A stretch of 18,360 bases of DNA from Pseudomonadota bacterium. GTDB taxonomy: Bacteria; Bdellovibrionota; FAC87; UBA2466. Positions 15,041 through 18,360 of the stretch are shown here, in pieces. The position numbers were made by a program, and so were the translations under genes. Below the pieces are notes generated by a model. It was not told where the DNA came from, ran no database searches, and saw only the letters and a program-made list of their open reading frames with translations. Within the stretch, counting starts at the first letter, position 1. Each line of letters begins with the position of its first letter. The stretch spans positions 1-18,360 of the forward strand of contig JAYSWN010000213.1 in assembly GCA_043718025.1 (NCBI GenBank), in the 5' to 3' direction.

Positions 15041-17482
15041 TTAGGCTCGCTGCTGCGCGCCTAATTTTTCTGACAGGGTGCTTAAAATCAGCGCCTTGGT
15101 TTCATTTACTTCGGCGTCGAGCAACGTACGTTCGTTCGAGGTGAACACAAGGCTTACCGCGATACTCTTTTTATCTTCGGGAATATTGCTTCCTTCGTAC
15201 ACGTCAAAGATCTCTGAGTACGACAAAAGCCCCTTGGCCGCGCCATTTACCAGGTCAGTAATGGCTTGCCCGGTAACCTTTTTGTCGATGAGCAGCGCAA
15301 TGTCTACTTCTACCGACGGAAATTTCGACGGCACTTTATAGCGGATAATGTTTCGTTCGAATCGCTTCAGCGCTTCGAGATTAAGTTCGAAAATAAGGAC
15401 CGGTTCGTCCGTTTGCAAAACGTTGTGGAGAATGTGGGGATGCAGTTCACCCACCAACCCAACTTCACGATGCCCAATCTTAATCACCGCACCACGGTTA
15501 GGGTGAACCAACCGCGAGTTAGTTGGCGGCTCAAAGCTCAGCTTTACCGTGGTTAACTGGTGAACCAGCGCCTCGACAATGCCTTTTGAGTGATAATAAT
15601 TCAGTGGCTCATCTAATTTCTGCCAGAAATCAGGAAGGGCTTTTCCGGACATCAATCCAGAAACTAACGCCGTCTCTTTTACGCCGGTCTCTTCGCGAGC
15701 ATCGGTCAGAAAATTACGGGACACTTCAAAAATTCGTTGATTCGTCGTCTTACGGTTGTAATTGAAACGGTAAGTTTCACACAGCGATGGCAACAAGCTG
15801 GTGCGCATAATCTTCATCTCTTCCGAGAGTGGATTTTTAAGCGTCACCTGATTTTCGTGCAAAAAGCCGTAGCGGCTTAAGCAATCTTCCGACGTAAAGC
15901 TATAGTGAATGGTTTCGCGAAAGCCCATGCCCGCCAGGGTGTTGCGAGCTTTCTGCTCAAACTCATAATTGCTCTCATCAAAACGATCGTACATCGCAAA
16001 AGAGAGCGGATAATTTAACGGAATTCCCGAATAGCCATAAAGACGCGCCACTTCTTCAATCAGATCAACGCTCTCCCGAATATCGGGGCGATAGGTCGGA
16101 ATTTTCACGGTGAGCACGTTCGTAGATTTTTTCTTGCTCGAAATTCCGATCGAATCAAAAAGTTCAACCACCGACTCAGTGGTAATTTCTGGAACGCCAA
16201 TCACTTTGCGAACGTCACGCATGTCTAAGGCAATCGCAGTTTCGGGCACCGGCACTTCGTTGGTGTCGATCGGCGGGTGGTAAACATTGGCGTTAAAAGT
16301 ATCTCGCAACAATAAAGCGGCCCGCTCGCTAGCTAAGGCAACCATATTGATGTCGCACCCTTTTTCAAAGCGCTTTGACGAGTCGGTGCTTAGCCCCAAG
16401 CGTTTTGCCGTTCGGCGAATTTTGGTCGCGGGAAATACGGCGCTTTCTAAAACGATCGAGCTGGTATCTAGGGATATTTGGGAGTTCTCACCGCCCATAA
16501 TTCCCGCTAAGGCCACCGGTCGGTCGCCATCTAAGATCAGGATATCGCCGGGCTCAAGCTGTACGATATTTCCGTTGAGTAAGGTAAACGGAGCCGCCTC
16601 TTTGCATTCGCCAACCCGAATGCCACCCGATTGCAGCTTTCGCAAATCAAAGGCGTGCAGCGGCTGGCCCATTTCAATCATCACGAAGTTGGTAACGTCG
16701 ACGATGTTATTGATTGGCCGAATGCCTACGGCTTTAAGCCGCGCCTGCAGCCAGTCAGGGCTATCGGCAACTTTTAAGCTGTCGATCACTCGGGCCACGT
16801 AACGAGGACAGGCCTCGGGTGAATCGATATCTACTTTAATAATCGAAGAGGTGCGGTGCGCCGAAACCCGAAAACGGCCCGGTTTTGCTTCGCGAACTTT
16901 GGTCCGCAAAATGGGCGCCACTTCGCGCGCTAAACCCATTACCGATAAACAATCACCACGGTTTGGGGTGAGCTCAAATTCTAATAGAGTGTCTTCTTCC
17001 GTGGCGTGGCCCAGTAGCCGGGCTACTGGCTCGCCTAAATGAGCATGACGCGGAAGCGCTAGAACGCCTTCGTGATCGCCACCTACGCCGAGTTCTTTAG
17101 CCGAGCAGAGCATGCCAAAGCTATCGACCCCACGAATAGACGATTGTTTAATTTCAAAATCACCGGGCAAGATCGCGCCAATCATGGCTACCGGCACTAA
17201 ATCACCGGCGGCAATATTTTTGGCGCCACAAACGATCTGCAGTTTTTCTGCATTGGCTTCATCAGACACGACAACCGTTGTCACCTGAAGGCGATCGGCG
17301 TTGGGATGCTTATCGATCTTCTCGATTCGCCCCACCACTACGTGGTTCAATTCTGTCTTAGGTTGCTGAACCGAATTCACGGCCAACCCGCGCATGGTTA
17401 GCTTTTCGGCTAGATCTTTAGGGTCAATTTTTACGTCGGCTTTAGAAAGGTAATCTCTTAGCCAGTTCAACGAGAGAAGCAT
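15041..17482 (-). CDS. pheT: Phenylalanine--tRNA ligase beta subunit
   Basis: SLNWLRDY, HPNADRL, IVCGAKN, SFGMLCS, TPNRGDCLS, GQPLHAFD, DLIEEVARLYGY and a C-terminal FDX-ACB domain. ATG at 17482 (SD GAGGA) is preferred over the adjacent TTG at 17485. Confidence 0.98.
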   Translation of the reverse strand: MLLSLNWLRDYLSKADVKIDPKDLAEKLTMRGLAVNSVQQPKTELNHVVVGRIEKIDKHPNADRLQVTTVVVSDEANAEKLQIVCGAKNIAAGDLVPVAMIGAILPGDFEIKQSSIRGVDSFGMLCSAKELGVGGDHEGVLALPRHAHLGEPVARLLGHATEEDTLLEFELTPNRGDCLSVMGLAREVAPILRTKVREAKPGRFRVSAHRTSSIIKVDIDSPEACPRYVARVIDSLKVADSPDWLQARLKAVGIRPINNIVDVTNFVMIEMGQPLHAFDLRKLQSGGIRVGECKEAAPFTLLNGNIVQLEPGDILILDGDRPVALAGIMGGENSQISLDTSSIVLESAVFPATKIRRTAKRLGLSTDSSKRFEKGCDINMVALASERAALLLRDTFNANVYHPPIDTNEVPVPETAIALDMRDVRKVIGVPEITTESVVELFDSIGISSKKKSTNVLTVKIPTYRPDIRESVDLIEEVARLYGYSGIPLNYPLSFAMYDRFDESNYEFEQKARNTLAGMGFRETIHYSFTSEDCLSRYGFLHENQVTLKNPLSEEMKIMRTSLLPSLCETYRFNYNRKTTNQRIFEVSRNFLTDAREETGVKETALVSGLMSGKALPDFWQKLDEPLNYYHSKGIVEALVHQLTTVKLSFEPPTNSRLVHPNRGAVIKIGHREVGLVGELHPHILHNVLQTDEPVLIFELNLEALKRFERNIIRYKVPSKFPSVEVDIALLIDKKVTGQAITDLVNGAAKGLLSYSEIFDVYEGSNIPEDKKSIAVSLVFTSNERTLLDAEVNETKALILSTLSEKLGAQQRA

Positions 17483-17508
17483 CAAATTCCTCGATTCGAT
17501 AGCAGCAG

Positions 17509-18360
17509 CTAAAACTGCTCTAACATTCGATAGTCGTTTTCGAATAGAGAACGAAGATCGTCGATCCCGTATTTCAGCATGGCAATTCGCTCAATTCCCA
17601 TCCCAAAAGCAAAACCGGTATAGCGGTCGGGATCGTAACTTACTGACCGAAACACATTGGGGTGGACCATTCCGCATCCCCCAATTTCGAGCCAGCCTGT
17701 TTTTTTACAGAGCCGGCAGCCTTTGCCGCTGCACTGAAAACATTGCATATCGACTTCGGCACTGGGCTCTGTGAACGGAAAATAACTAGGACGAAAACGC
17801 AAAGGGCGGCTGCCAAAAAGATGCTTCACCAAATGATGAAGAATGCCTTTGAGATCCGCGAACGAAATATTTTTATCAACCATCAAGCCTTCGAACTGGT
17901 GGAACATCGGCGTGTGGGTGACATCAAAATCAGAGCGATAAACGCGACCAAAAGCCATTACCTGTAACGGCGGCTTGTGGGCCTTCATGGTTCGAATCTG
18001 CACCGGTGACGTGTGCGACCGAAGTAGAACCGGCTGATTGATATAAAAAGTGTCTTGCATGTCGCGGGCCGGGTGATCGGCCGGTGTGTTGAGCGCTTCG
18101 AAATTGTAGTATTCGAGTTCAACTTCGTTGCTGAACGCCATCGAAAAGCCAATCCGCTTCATCGCCGTAGTCATGATCCCTAGGATTTTACTAACGGGGT
18201 GAAGTGACCCTTCACCTGCGGTCAAACGACCAGGCAGAGTGAGATCTAACGGAGCCGTATCCGAAAGCTCTTTCTCAAGCTCAACCCGGCGTAATTCAAC
18301 CTGGCGGCGAGTTAAAAAACCTTCGAATTCACCTTTGGTTTCATTTAATAAGGCCCCCAC
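17509..18360 (-). CDS. pheS: Phenylalanine--tRNA ligase alpha subunit (5' part outside window)
   Basis: [56 protein letters not shown], plus a CxxC…CxxC insertion. Confidence 0.98.
   Translation of the reverse strand: MGALLNETKGEFEGFLTRRQVELRRVELEKELSDTAPLDLTLPGRLTAGEGSLHPVSKILGIMTTAMKRIGFSMAFSNEVELEYYNFEALNTPADHPARDMQDTFYINQPVLLRSHTSPVQIRTMKAHKPPLQVMAFGRVYRSDFDVTHTPMFHQFEGLMVDKNISFADLKGILHHLVKHLFGSRPLRFRPSYFPFTEPSAEVDMQCFQCSGKGCRLCKKTGWLEIGGCGMVHPNVFRSVSYDPDRYTGFAFGMGIERIAMLKYGIDDLRSLFENDYRMLEQF

Noticed and set aside
15012..15043. GTCGAATA as a sigma28 -10 upstream of the merR-like gene
   Set aside because: The available TAAA elements give spacers of 6 or 18 bp. A sigma70-type TACAAT is present but has no -35.
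17700..17750. CxxC…CxxC insertion in PheS
   Set aside because: A known, common variant of bacterial PheS, so not novel.
1212..17967. Many antisense and alternate-frame ORFs of 60-194 aa (e.g. 1817..2401, 4388..4876, 16287..16802)
   Set aside because: All lie within well-supported genes and have no recognisable motifs. They are shadow ORFs.
1..18360. CRISPR arrays, IS elements, riboswitches, defence or toxin genes
   Set aside because: No spaced repeat arrays, transposase motifs or recognisable aptamer motifs were seen, and intergenic spaces are short.

Overview
Bacterial chromosomal region of roughly 50% GC. Gene style suggests a Bdellovibrionota/deltaproteobacterial-type organism (inference only). 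Almost everything is on the minus strand. Reading right to left: pheS (5'-truncated), pheT, a MerR/MlrA-like HTH gene with no ihfA in between, a GT-C-like membrane protein, YihY/BrkB fused to a wHTH domain, a TMTC-like GT-C/TPR protein, then a complete 8-gene Wsp/Frz-like chemosensory operon (CheY, CheR-TPR, CheW, MCP, hybrid CheA, CheB, CheW, CheY). A small convergent secreted-protein gene and tRNA-Ser(GGA) follow. The 140 bp past the tRNA 3' end look like an integration junction: a probable integrase C-terminus plus tandem 10-bp repeats. The most notable observations are a CheA with Hpt-P2-Hpt...REC architecture in an operon with no output enzyme, a 14/15-bp intergenic repeat bracketing the whole chemosensory module, a FleQ-box-like palindrome and an operator-like palindrome at the operon promoter, sigma28-like promoters (one possibly producing a leaderless mRNA) on the GT-C and YihY genes, and a TMTC-like protein with altered conserved motifs. 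No defence system, CRISPR array or IS element is visible.
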